DNA from: a virus
Reading direction: 5' to 3' (one strand)
IMG/VR virus record: IMGVR_UViG_3300048609_000070
Length of the DNA: 31,197 bases
Positions 8,097 to 16,421 of this stretch are shown here, piece after piece. Position numbers and translations under genes: made by a program. Position 1 is the stretch's first letter; each line of letters opens with the position of its first letter. The notes below the pieces were generated by a model that was not told where the DNA came from, ran no database searches, and saw only the letters and a program-made list of their open reading frames with translations.

Positions 8097-11025
8097 TAAA
8101 TTTCTCCAAGGTGCCTAATGTTTTGCCAACCTCAATGTCAAGGGTCATCTTTACTCTAAAGTCTGGAAAGGATGTATCTACAACATAGTTCATTATTTTT
8201 ACAAGTTTGTTTACTTGGTCTTCTTTTATCAGATGGATCTGCGCGTCATGCTGCGTGATGGCTGGATAGCATTCTAGTCCCTTTTTCCTTGCAAGTTTCC
8301 ACGTTCGATACATGTAGTAGTCGTTCATGTTCGAGGCAAGTCCCTGGATAGGGCTATTCTTAGCTTCGCGTTCTGCTTCCGCCTGAATATGCTGTTGGTC
8401 AGAATCGATCTTTGGAAGTCTTCGGTATCGTCCTAACCATGTTCTTACATATTTGTGAACTTTTGCAAATTCGACTTGTTGGTCAAGCCAAAGTGCTGCT
8501 TTTGGGTAACGAGAGAAGAATAATGTTTGAACACTCTTTGCTTTGTCTTCGTCAATGTTGAATTGTTTTGCAACTGCTTTGGCTCCTCTGCCGTACATGG
8601 TCCCGAATGTCGCAGCCTTGGCTACAGTTCTTTGTTCATCTGTTACTTCTTCTTCCGATATGCCAAAAACTTCGGATGCAGTTCTACGATGAATGTCGAG
8701 TCCTGCTTCTATATCTTTTATCATGTCTCGATCATTTGAATAATGAGCCCAACATCTAAACTCAGCCTGCTTGAGATCTCCTTTCACCAGTAAGTAACCA
8801 GGATCGGCTACGATGCATTTCTTGTAATCTTTTGCGTCTCGTCCGATATTTTGGAGATTCGGCTGAATGCAGGAGTTATGACAGACAAATCCATTCCCAA
8901 TGTACGAATGGTCATTTTCTACTTCAATGTCCCAAACTTCTCTTGGTCCTACAGATCGGATACTTGTGATTTCCTGCCCTTTGTATTGGTTTTCAAGAAA
9001 AATGCTGGAAATCGTTGGTATGATGTCTCCCTGACAAAAACCTTCTGCGGACATCCAATAGTTACCTTTCGTCAGCAAAAGATGCTTTCGGGTACATATC
9101 AGTTTATTCCCGCTACTTGTCCCGTACTCTAGCATTTCTTCAATGCCTTTAACTATTACACATTTAACTTTCTGTGATGTTCCAAGATGGGTAACTACGC
9201 GCGTGTCTTCTGCTAATAACTTAGAAACGTCATGAATTGGAACCAGTCCACAATTTGTCGAAATTAAAGTATCCTTATCAACGCATAACCTTCCGGTTAC
9301 GACGCGATGCTGCAAATAATTTGCGTGTATTCTTCCGTCTGCTTTCGATTTCATATACGTAGACACCAGATACGTTGATATATATTTAGATAAACCACGG
9401 TGTTCCAAGATGTCTTTGACAAACTGAACATCGTGTTTTTCTGCAAGTTCTGTAAGTACCTTTTCGTCCGTACTTGGCTTTCCAGACTTTTCAGAAATCC
9501 GGAGTGGTTTAATTTTCATTACCTTGAAAAGAACATCACCCAGTTGAATATATGATTTCTCATTGAACGTCCATTTGTTACTATCTTTATTGATTTTTGA
9601 TCGAATGTATTCTTTCTCATCTGGATACCGACTCTTCAGGTTCTTCGATGAGTCCCACTTGTAATACAAAGACCTTGCAGCGTTATTCCTCTTCCATTGC
9701 TCATATTTTTTTACATATTTGAAGTCATGTATTTTCTCTAAGGCTCGCCGTTCCTTTTTCTTGCACTTGATAATAACGTCTTTTAGTAACGATCTGTCTA
9801 TCTTTACTCCTTTGTGCTCCATTTCTGTTAGAAGTTGCATCGTTGTCATAGAATACTTATTGAAATATTCCGTCAATCCGATCTTTTCAAGTTCTTCCCT
9901 GAAAATTTCATACAGGCGAAAGGTTGCATCAGCATCGTGTTGCGCGTATTTTGCAAGTTTTGGATATGGGTATTTATCGTAAGTAAACTCAACCAATTTC
10001 ATTTTGTTTTTCTTACAATATTTAGTTTTCCATTCGTCTAGGCCAGCCCAATATTCCCCAAGGTCTAAATACTCCAACGTAAGTGCGTCTAACCCTTTCT
10101 CTGTCCTGTTCTCATCAATAAGTGATGCTGCAATCAGTGTATCGAAAAATGGTCCCTTGACTTCAAAACCATGCGCTTTTAGTATATGAAGATCGAATTT
10201 GAGGTTGTGGTTTATTTTTAATTTACTGGAGAGAAAAATGTCTTTGAGTCTTTCCTTATGGCGTTGATGTAGCAAGTCCCATTTTATGGTAATTCCAAGC
10301 CCGGATTTCCAGGAGAGCGCAATGCAAAGGATCCTCGCGTCAAGAAAACTAAGGGAGCTCGTCTCTAAGTCAAAAACAAATGCGTCAACGTTGTTTAATT
10401 TTGTTAGAACCTTATCTATAGTTTCAGATGTGGCTACATCCAACCTTTTAGTTGGAACTTTATCTCTTTCTATTTTTTTCTTTGCCCCCGATTCTTCAGC
10501 TATAAGCCGCATCCCTTTTAGTAACGTATCGTACTCACCTGGATTTCTGAGAATGTACGCTGGATGATAGATTGGAATAATCTTGGCGTTAAACTCATCC
10601 GAAACAAAAATATTATTTTTTAGTTTAGTGATTCCAGTCCTCTTCAGGACAGATTCCATCGCTACCGCACCAAGACATCCAATGACGTTTGGATGTATTT
10701 CTTTGATTTCATCGACAAGATTTGTTCTACAGCATGCAATCTCATTCTTGGTCGGTTTTTTATTTTCCCCTTCTGTCGCGCAGCGGACAGCATTAATAAT
10801 TCTTACGTCCTCTCTTGATAAACCAACCTCTTGGAGCAGTGAATTCAAAAGTCTTCCAGATGCGCCAACAAAGTTCTCGCATCGTTTGTCCTCTTCTTGA
10901 CCTGGTGCTTCACCAACGAGCACAATCTTAGCGTCCAATGGACCGACCCCCGGGATTTTAGGATTACAGATATTTTCATGAATCCTTTTGCACTTTTCCG
11001 GGCAGGATGTTCGGGGGTCGGTCAT
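8083..11025 (-). CDS. polA: Family-A DNA polymerase fused to an N-terminal family-4 uracil-DNA-glycosylase-like Fe-S domain. It has a 3'-5' exonuclease domain and contains a mini-intein.
   Basis: UDG4 motifs GEAPG and HPAYILR plus 4 Cys (C8, C12, C20 and CC near residue 98). Exo motifs FVFDLETSSL, NHNLKFDLHIL, YAQHDADATFRLY. Pol A motif A DLKQAEFR, motif B RTVAKAATFGTMYG, motif C QHDAQ. The motif TGRL|SCIQPNLQNI is split by the intein. Confidence 0.9.
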   Translation of the reverse strand: MTDPRTSCPEKCKRIHENICNPKIPGVGPLDAKIVLVGEAPGQEEDKRCENFVGASGRLLNSLLQEVGLSREDVRIINAVRCATEGENKKPTKNEIACCRTNLVDEIKEIHPNVIGCLGAVAMESVLKRTGITKLKNNIFVSDEFNAKIIPIYHPAYILRNPGEYDTLLKGMRLIAEESGAKKKIERDKVPTKRLDVATSETIDKVLTKLNNVDAFVFDLETSSLSFLDARILCIALSWKSGLGITIKWDLLHQRHKERLKDIFLSSKLKINHNLKFDLHILKAHGFEVKGPFFDTLIAASLIDENRTEKGLDALTLEYLDLGEYWAGLDEWKTKYCKKNKMKLVEFTYDKYPYPKLAKYAQHDADATFRLYEIFREELEKIGLTEYFNKYSMTTMQLLTEMEHKGVKIDRSLLKDVIIKCKKKERRALEKIHDFKYVKKYEQWKRNNAARSLYYKWDSSKNLKSRYPDEKEYIRSKINKDSNKWTFNEKSYIQLGDVLFKVMKIKPLRISEKSGKPSTDEKVLTELAEKHDVQFVKDILEHRGLSKYISTYLVSTYMKSKADGRIHANYLQHRVVTGRLCVDKDTLISTNCGLVPIHDVSKLLAEDTRVVTHLGTSQKVKCVIVKGIEEMLEYGTSSGNKLICTRKHLLLTKGNYWMSAEGFCQGDIIPTISSIFLENQYKGQEITSIRSVGPREVWDIEVENDHSYIGNGFVCHNSCIQPNLQNIGRDAKDYKKCIVADPGYLLVKGDLKQAEFRCWAHYSNDRDMIKDIEAGLDIHRRTASEVFGISEEEVTDEQRTVAKAATFGTMYGRGAKAVAKQFNIDEDKAKSVQTLFFSRYPKAALWLDQQVEFAKVHKYVRTWLGRYRRLPKIDSDQQHIQAEAEREAKNSPIQGLASNMNDYYMYRTWKLARKKGLECYPAITQHDAQIHLIKEDQVNKLVKIMNYVVDTSFPDFRVKMTLDIEVGKTLGTLEKFNVKK
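8875..9285 (-). mobile_element. Mini-intein (137 aa) in polA. It runs from Cys1 (CVDKDTL...) to ...GFVCHN, with +1 Ser. There is no endonuclease domain.
   Basis: Splicing out restores the conserved PolA finger motif RVVTGRL-S(C)IQPNLQNI. Canonical C...HN/S intein termini. Coordinates verified codon by codon. Confidence 0.75.
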
Positions 11026-11042
11026 TGGCGTAGATCCCAGTG

Positions 11043-13307
11043 CTACTTGATTTTGTAAATCCCACGGGAGACAGTTTCAAATCCAGGGATCTCCTGCTTG
11101 AGCAAATGGAGCATTACAGACACATAATTTTTAACGCGATCGATACTCTCATTTTTTGTAAGCCCTCGATCCATGATAGCCTTTGCCAATGTATCACGAC
11201 TTTGCGGCTTTTTTCTGAGGAGCTCGATCACGAGATTTTTTGCATTCCTTTTTCCAAAGCGTCCTTTGACCTTTGGCTCCATCATGATCTTGGGCCGGTG
11301 TTGCGGCTTTTTTCCACAAGAGCGATCTGAAACCTCATGCACGGTTTCTGCTCGGACAGACTTGAGTTTTTTCCCGGTAGGTTCATGCAACTTTTCTTTT
11401 TTAAGAAGTTTCTTCTTTTTGTCTTGGATCTCCTTCGGTGGTCTTCCTCGTCTCTTCATTTTTCCTTCCTTTTCTTTTGTCTTTTCTGGAATAAACTTCT
11501 TTTTGAGTTTCTTTGGCGGTTCGTTTTCCTCGTCATCTTCAATAACACGTTTGGCTTTCTTCAGAAGTTTGATCTTTTTCTTTAGCTTCTTGGGCCGAGG
11601 AAGTTCTTCTTCATCCTCGATCTCATCCTCGATCTCATCCTCGATCTCATCCTCGATCTCGTCTTCGTCATCCTCTATATATTTTGCCTGCATTTTTTTC
11701 TTGATTTTTTTCAGAGGGCGTCGCGGCTCTTCATCGTCGTCCTCAATTTCTTCGTCGTCATCCTCTATATTCCTACGTTTTGCTACGATCTTATGTTTTC
11801 CCTTTTTTGGCGGTTCTTCCTCGTCTTCGTCCTCTTCGTCTTCTTCGTCTAGCTCTTCTTCCTCTTCTTCCTCTTCTGACTCTTCTGACTCTTCCTCATC
11901 TTCTTCGTCGTCTGATTCTTCGTCTTCCTCGTCGTCTTCCTCTACCTCGTCTGACTCGTCGTCCTCTTCTTCTGATTCCGCTGACTCGTCTTCATCTTCG
12001 GATTCTTCTTCGTCCTCTTCGTCTGACTCTTCCTCATCTTCCTCGTCGTCTTCTTCCCCTTCCTCGGACTCTTCCTCTTCGTCTTCTTCTGCTGAATCTT
12101 CTTCCTCGTCCTCTGACTCTTCCCCTGCTACGTCGTCCGCGCCTTCGTCCTCTTCGTCTTCATCATCCTCGTCCGAATCCTCTTCGTCTTCCTCCTGCTC
12201 GGCGTCCTCTTCTTCAGACACAGGCCCTGTTGCAGTGTCGTCTTCGTCCTCATCAGATTCTTTTTCTGAGTCTTCGAGTTCCTCTTGATCTTCGGACTCG
12301 TCCTCGACATCAACACGAAGCTTCTTTTTCTCTTTTTCTTTCATGGCTATCTCCACTGGATCTTCTTGAATTTCAGCCGCAGCAAATTCTTCTTGCTCGG
12401 GCATTGAGATTGGAATAACTTTGTACGAGGCAGCCGTATCAATTTCCTGCCCCGTAGCCATGACTCTAATCTTGACAGTATTCCCATTTTTTTTGGTGAG
12501 TTGCACTGGCTGACGAAAGGGCGTCATAAAGTATTGCCCGACTTCTCCTTCACCGATTTGGATCATCTTCACTTTTTCTTCCTCTGGCATTTTACTCTCC
12601 TTTGTTGGCTCATTCTCTGGAACATTATTACTTTGTTCCGGCAAGATTAAATTATTTTTTTTCGGAACGGTTTTACTAAACTCCGCGATGGCAAATGCCC
12701 TTCGCAGCGCCTCTGGGGAAATACCACTAATATCCGACCAAAGCTGTAATAATAAATTACTTTTTTCACAGTAAGAAAGCCGCTCTGCCAGATTCATGAG
12801 TTCCAGCACACCGACCTTTTGTGGCATTTTTTGTATTCCTTTATAGTCAGAACGTGTTATTTTTTCAACGTAATTTTTCTGTTTATCGTTCAGTGTCTCC
12901 ATGACTTCGTGGATGTCTAGAGGTCTTGGCGTAACGTGTAGAATAGGCGCAATCCCTTCCATTGCATCAAGCGATTCAGATTGAAAGTTGAGTCTGCTCT
13001 TGAAAGTATTACGTTTTTTGAACCTATCGGTCAGTACATTGTTGACTTTTGTTTTTAATAGATGGTAGAAAGGCTTGCCTTGGTAGTAGGGTCCATACCG
13101 TTTAAGAGCAAGCCAAACTTTGAGCATCACGTCCGCTGCAGCATCTTCAGGGTCAAATTTATCGGAGATGTAGGAAGCTTTCTTGATGTAATATTGGATA
13201 AGATTGAAGAATTCCGGTGCCTTGTCATTCCGGAGCTTCCACGTACCATCCGGATTTTTACCGACGACAAGGGAATCGACACACGTTTGTAGACGTATCT
13301 TATCCAT
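11043..13307 (-). CDS. ECF-type sigma-factor-like protein. The N-terminal ~210 aa carry sigma-2 and sigma-4-like regions. These are followed by a ~350-aa poly-Asp/Glu tract and then Lys-rich repeats, with a ~70-aa C-terminal domain.
   Basis: Region-2-like segment EDAAADVMLKVWLALKRYGPYYQGKPFYHLLKTKVNNVLTDRFKKR. A region-4-like segment (LNDKQKNYVEKI...LSYCEKSNLLLQLWSDISGISPEALRRAFAIAEF). The low-complexity body is encoded by GA-rich repeats. Confidence 0.6.
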   Translation of the reverse strand: MDKIRLQTCVDSLVVGKNPDGTWKLRNDKAPEFFNLIQYYIKKASYISDKFDPEDAAADVMLKVWLALKRYGPYYQGKPFYHLLKTKVNNVLTDRFKKRNTFKSRLNFQSESLDAMEGIAPILHVTPRPLDIHEVMETLNDKQKNYVEKITRSDYKGIQKMPQKVGVLELMNLAERLSYCEKSNLLLQLWSDISGISPEALRRAFAIAEFSKTVPKKNNLILPEQSNNVPENEPTKESKMPEEEKVKMIQIGEGEVGQYFMTPFRQPVQLTKKNGNTVKIRVMATGQEIDTAASYKVIPISMPEQEEFAAAEIQEDPVEIAMKEKEKKKLRVDVEDESEDQEELEDSEKESDEDEDDTATGPVSEEEDAEQEEDEEDSDEDDEDEEDEGADDVAGEESEDEEEDSAEEDEEEESEEGEEDDEEDEEESDEEDEEESEDEDESAESEEEDDESDEVEEDDEEDEESDDEEDEEESEESEEEEEEEELDEEDEEDEDEEEPPKKGKHKIVAKRRNIEDDDEEIEDDDEEPRRPLKKIKKKMQAKYIEDDEDEIEDEIEDEIEDEIEDEEELPRPKKLKKKIKLLKKAKRVIEDDEENEPPKKLKKKFIPEKTKEKEGKMKRRGRPPKEIQDKKKKLLKKEKLHEPTGKKLKSVRAETVHEVSDRSCGKKPQHRPKIMMEPKVKGRFGKRNAKNLVIELLRKKPQSRDTLAKAIMDRGLTKNESIDRVKNYVSVMLHLLKQEIPGFETVSRGIYKIK
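11605..11665 (-). repeat. Perfect tandem 12-nt repeat (tcatcctcgatc, at least 4 units) encoding (IEDE)n. A longer ~90-nt spaced repeat of the tcgtcatcctctatat motif surrounds it.
   Basis: Directly visible at 11611-11658. A second copy of ttcgtcgtcatcctctatat sits at ~11751-11772. Confidence 0.6.
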
Positions 13308-13336
13308 TTTTTTCTTCTTTATTTAGTCTGCCCGCT

Positions 13337-13364
13337 ATTTTAGATGGGAAGAAGAAAAAGTCAA
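13337..13364 (-). promoter_or_regulatory. Candidate sigma-70-type promoter (TTGACT-16 nt-TAAAAT) ~27 nt upstream of the sigma-like gene start.
   Basis: This is the only sizeable intergenic gap (82 nt) in the replication module. The -35/-10 hexamers were read on the minus strand. Not validated. Confidence 0.3.
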
Positions 13365-13389
13365 GAGGTTTTTTTGTGGATTTTGAAAA

Positions 13390-13848
13390 TTAAGCGTACC
13401 AAGACGCAATCTTTAGGATTCTCGCACAGGTTTTTTTTGAAAATCTTATTATACTAAGGGAACTTACCTCTGGATCGTCCGTATTGTACGCAGCCTGCAT
13501 CTGGCACATGTCTAGCTTATCGTAAACCATGCACAGGACCTTGAACGGGATCCGATTACTTATTTTATTTATTTTTTTTGAACAATCAGAAAAAATACAG
13601 TATACCGCCTTCGCTGTCTTTCCGTCCGTGTTTCTTAAAGGAGCCAAAAACTTATGTTCGGAATGCATCTTGTCGAGTATGCTCTGGACAGTCCCATGCG
13701 CTCCGCATCCAAAGCAATGGTATCCCCCATCCTCGAAAACGTAAAAAGATGGAAACCGCTCTAGATGGAAAGGGCATAAACCTTTCCAGCGGCTACCCAC
13801 GGGAGTCAGTTGGACTCCGATAGTCTCGTACATTGCCTCGATCTGCAT
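13390..13848 (-). CDS. DnaG-type primase zinc-binding-domain protein. It has the CHC2 zinc ribbon only, with no TOPRIM/RNA-polymerase domain.
   Basis: GLCPFHLERFPSFYVFEDGGYHCFGCGAHGTVQSIL matches the DnaG ZBD consensus (CPFHxEKTPSFxV...HCFGCGxxG). The protein is only 152 aa. Its 3' end overlaps the dnaB start. Confidence 0.7.
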   Translation of the reverse strand: MQIEAMYETIGVQLTPVGSRWKGLCPFHLERFPSFYVFEDGGYHCFGCGAHGTVQSILDKMHSEHKFLAPLRNTDGKTAKAVYCIFSDCSKKINKISNRIPFKVLCMVYDKLDMCQMQAAYNTDDPEVSSLSIIRFSKKTCARILKIASWYA

Positions 13849-15217
13849 CTGACCTTACCTTCATGACTTTAGTTCCAGGGACCAACCGATCCCCGACGTA
13901 GGAGGTTTCCCAGACTGCCATCAATGGGATGGTAACTCCAAGGATGCCATACCGTTGTTTATCTACAACCCACCAGAGTCGATTCTGTAGCCTGTCTTCT
14001 TTACTTTGTTTTAGTCGAATGACGGTTTCACAATGTGGAGCCATAAAGTTAGAAGCTGCAATATTATGGACTCCTTCTTCTGCTGCGTCCTTCTTTTTAC
14101 GCGAGTCGATTTCTGCAAGAGAAGCGTCCCTGCTTTCTTGCGTTGCAGTAAGAATAGCGGTGTCCTCAAACTTAGCAATTTCATGAAATTCTTGGAAGAG
14201 ATGATCGTACCGTTCGGATCTGCCATTAAACCGTGACATAGCAGGTGTTACAAGATTCGCGTAGTCGATTACAACGAGATCTGGTCCCACTCCGTTTGCA
14301 GCGCGGTAGAGCTCTATTTCCTCCATAATTGTTGTCGTTTTAGCCCCTTGTGCGATGTCTACTATCCAGATGTTCAACTTTTTTTTCAGTTCTTCTTTGA
14401 GTGCGAGTTTGTACTTTTTCTTTTCTTCTTTATCTAGCTTCCCAAAGAGTATTTTTTTGGAATCCACCCAAGAAATTCTGGAGTCAAAGCAAGTTGCCAA
14501 GAAATCGAAGGCCATTTCCAAGGTAATATACATCACCCGTCTGCCCGCGAGCGCAGCGTTATATGCCACATTGACGGCAGACCTCGTTTTCCCTCCACTG
14601 GTCTTGGAATAGAATAGCGTCAGGAAGGTCTTCCGCATGCCGCCAAGCTGCTCGTCAACGCTTGGGATACCGAAGGGTATCACTTCAGATGTCTCGCCCC
14701 TTGCAACCCTGTTGTACTCATCCCAGCGCTCTTGGACACGCTCGTAGACAAACCCACGGAGGACATTTCGGTCTTCCGTTCCGGTCGTCAAGAGATCTGT
14801 CATGAGTTTTTGTTTTAGTTTTCCAAAATCAATCTCCTCTCTTGTGAAAATTTCCTGAAGATTTGTTCCAATATCATATATTTTTCTTCCGAGCGCATAA
14901 TTATCCAATTTACTAAAATAGAAATTAGCATCAGACGTATTTACAAGAGGAAGCTTCTTTAGAACCTCCAGTGCTTTGATCATCTTTTCTGCGGATCGCT
15001 CACTTGTGTTATGTTCTTCCGCAAAATGCGCAAGTGTTACCTTGGATGGAACAGCTTTATATTTTAGAACGAATTTTCGGATTAGATGCATGAGGTCTCT
15101 ATGTTCTCTGATGGCGAACTGCTTTGGATTCATCGATAGAGACCGCATGTGTGTAGGAGATCGCATCAAAAGTGCAAGAACTTTCTTCTCCACACTGACA
15201 GAATGTAATTTGGCCAT
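13793..15217 (-). CDS. dnaB: DnaB-family replicative DNA helicase.
   Basis: N-terminal DnaB-like helical domain. C-terminal RecA-like domain with GIPSVDEQLGGMRKTFLTLFYSKTSGGKTRS (Walker A region) and LVVIDYANLV (Walker B). Confidence 0.85.
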   Translation of the reverse strand: MAKLHSVSVEKKVLALLMRSPTHMRSLSMNPKQFAIREHRDLMHLIRKFVLKYKAVPSKVTLAHFAEEHNTSERSAEKMIKALEVLKKLPLVNTSDANFYFSKLDNYALGRKIYDIGTNLQEIFTREEIDFGKLKQKLMTDLLTTGTEDRNVLRGFVYERVQERWDEYNRVARGETSEVIPFGIPSVDEQLGGMRKTFLTLFYSKTSGGKTRSAVNVAYNAALAGRRVMYITLEMAFDFLATCFDSRISWVDSKKILFGKLDKEEKKKYKLALKEELKKKLNIWIVDIAQGAKTTTIMEEIELYRAANGVGPDLVVIDYANLVTPAMSRFNGRSERYDHLFQEFHEIAKFEDTAILTATQESRDASLAEIDSRKKKDAAEEGVHNIAASNFMAPHCETVIRLKQSKEDRLQNRLWWVVDKQRYGILGVTIPLMAVWETSYVGDRLVPGTKVMKVRSDADRGNVRDYRSPTDSRG

Positions 15218-15220
15218 GGT

Positions 15221-15907
15221 TTATCTCGCATAATATCTGAAAATAACATCTTTCGAATTTGAGAAAATTGAATGAATGTGTGGTGGAAACTTTTCAAGGA
15301 TGCTGTCCCTTGTGTCGTTGGAGCTAATCAGAAGCGCGATGTTCGCGTCGTCAATATCACCCAATAATCGGAAAAACATCGTATTGGGGAAATTTTCCCA
15401 ATCCTTGCTAATATAAACTTTCTCCAGGTCTTCAATGGCAAGGATTTGCACGTCGCTCCGGAGGTATTCGAGAAATTCCCGGGCTTCTATATCTCTATAC
15501 GCACGTACTTGCAAATCATGGAGATCGTAAGCTTTCATGTAGTGGGCAACGTACTTTTTCTCGATCGCGCTTTTTAGAAGGCTGCAAATAATCGAACTTT
15601 TTGCTGCTCCAGGAGGAGAGCTGAACCAAAGCCCCTTGGATTTTCGAATGTTTAGTTCTAAATCATCACTGTACCGTTGCACGATTTTTAGTGCATCATG
15701 GTTGATCCTTCGGAATTCTTTTGTCAATCCTCGGAGGTCCCATTTTCTATATTTTTTTGGTATATTCGCATATTCCAACGATTTTTGCAAGATCTCCTTT
15801 TCCCTGCATTTGCAATGGTCTAACCGAATACCTGAAGGAGTTTTAGTTTGGATGATTCCGATGCCGTGACACCGATCACAGGTGCGTAACCGTTTTTTGG
15901 CGTGCAT
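15221..15907 (-). CDS. Putative helicase loader (DnaI/DnaC-like): N-terminal zinc ribbon plus P-loop ATPase.
   Basis: CDRCHG...HCKC zinc ribbon. GLWFSSPPGAAKSS Walker A-like and ILAIEDLEK Walker B-like segments. Position immediately downstream of dnaB. Confidence 0.55.
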   Translation of the reverse strand: MHAKKRLRTCDRCHGIGIIQTKTPSGIRLDHCKCREKEILQKSLEYANIPKKYRKWDLRGLTKEFRRINHDALKIVQRYSDDLELNIRKSKGLWFSSPPGAAKSSIICSLLKSAIEKKYVAHYMKAYDLHDLQVRAYRDIEAREFLEYLRSDVQILAIEDLEKVYISKDWENFPNTMFFRLLGDIDDANIALLISSNDTRDSILEKFPPHIHSIFSNSKDVIFRYYAR

Positions 15908-16421
15908 GGGCGTAACCGTAAAGTTGGTGTTTCTTCATGTAGTCTTCAAACTTTTTGTTTTCCTGGATGAGTTGGACATCGAGCTTCTGGATCTCTTTAT
16001 GCGTTGTCATATGCCCATTCTGGAGGAAACTGTAGAGGTAAGTGCTGCAAATATGCGAAATATGCGGCGTATTGACACCATTGAAGTATCGGTCGAATGC
16101 GCGATCGATGAATTCTTTATACTCTTTTTTTGTTATATTATTTTTAAGCATGAAATCTTCGATTCTCTGATAGGCACGAACGAGACTTCCCGACAGGTGA
16201 TATTCCTTGCGGTATCTGTCCTGGTACTGGTTGCAAAAATAATTATAAAAATCGAACGGCTTCCAATCATTGATACGCTTCATGTGCGTCCAAGCGCTGG
16301 TTTTATTGATATACATTTGCAACTTCTCATTCTGCTGGCGGACTTTGGCAAGGTAGGTTACAATATGCTGCTCAACGACGTCTGGATGGTGAAACCACGG
16401 AGCTACTCTCTTTTGAGCCAT
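15876..16421 (-). CDS. Hypothetical protein.
   Basis: 181-aa ORF with start/stop overlaps to both neighbours. No recognisable motifs. The overlapping 203-aa plus-strand ORF is antisense. Confidence 0.5.
   Translation of the reverse strand: MAQKRVAPWFHHPDVVEQHIVTYLAKVRQQNEKLQMYINKTSAWTHMKRINDWKPFDFYNYFCNQYQDRYRKEYHLSGSLVRAYQRIEDFMLKNNITKKEYKEFIDRAFDRYFNGVNTPHISHICSTYLYSFLQNGHMTTHKEIQKLDVQLIQENKKFEDYMKKHQLYGYAHARQKTVTHL

Noticed and set aside
11605-11665. Tandem 12-nt repeats, and the ~57-nt repeats at 4.6 kb, considered as a possible CRISPR array or satellite.
   Set aside because: The units are contiguous with no spacers. They are in frame and lie inside a long ORF, where they encode (IEDE)n and K/E-rich peptide repeats.
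11173-12418. Long plus-strand ORFs (371 aa Ser-rich, 212 aa Leu/Arg/Pro-rich, and smaller ones) inside the sigma-like gene.
   Set aside because: They are the antisense reading of GA-rich Asp/Glu codon repeats (GAA/GAC read as TTC/GTC, TCC/TCG on the other strand). They are pure low-complexity. Every functional neighbour is on the minus strand.
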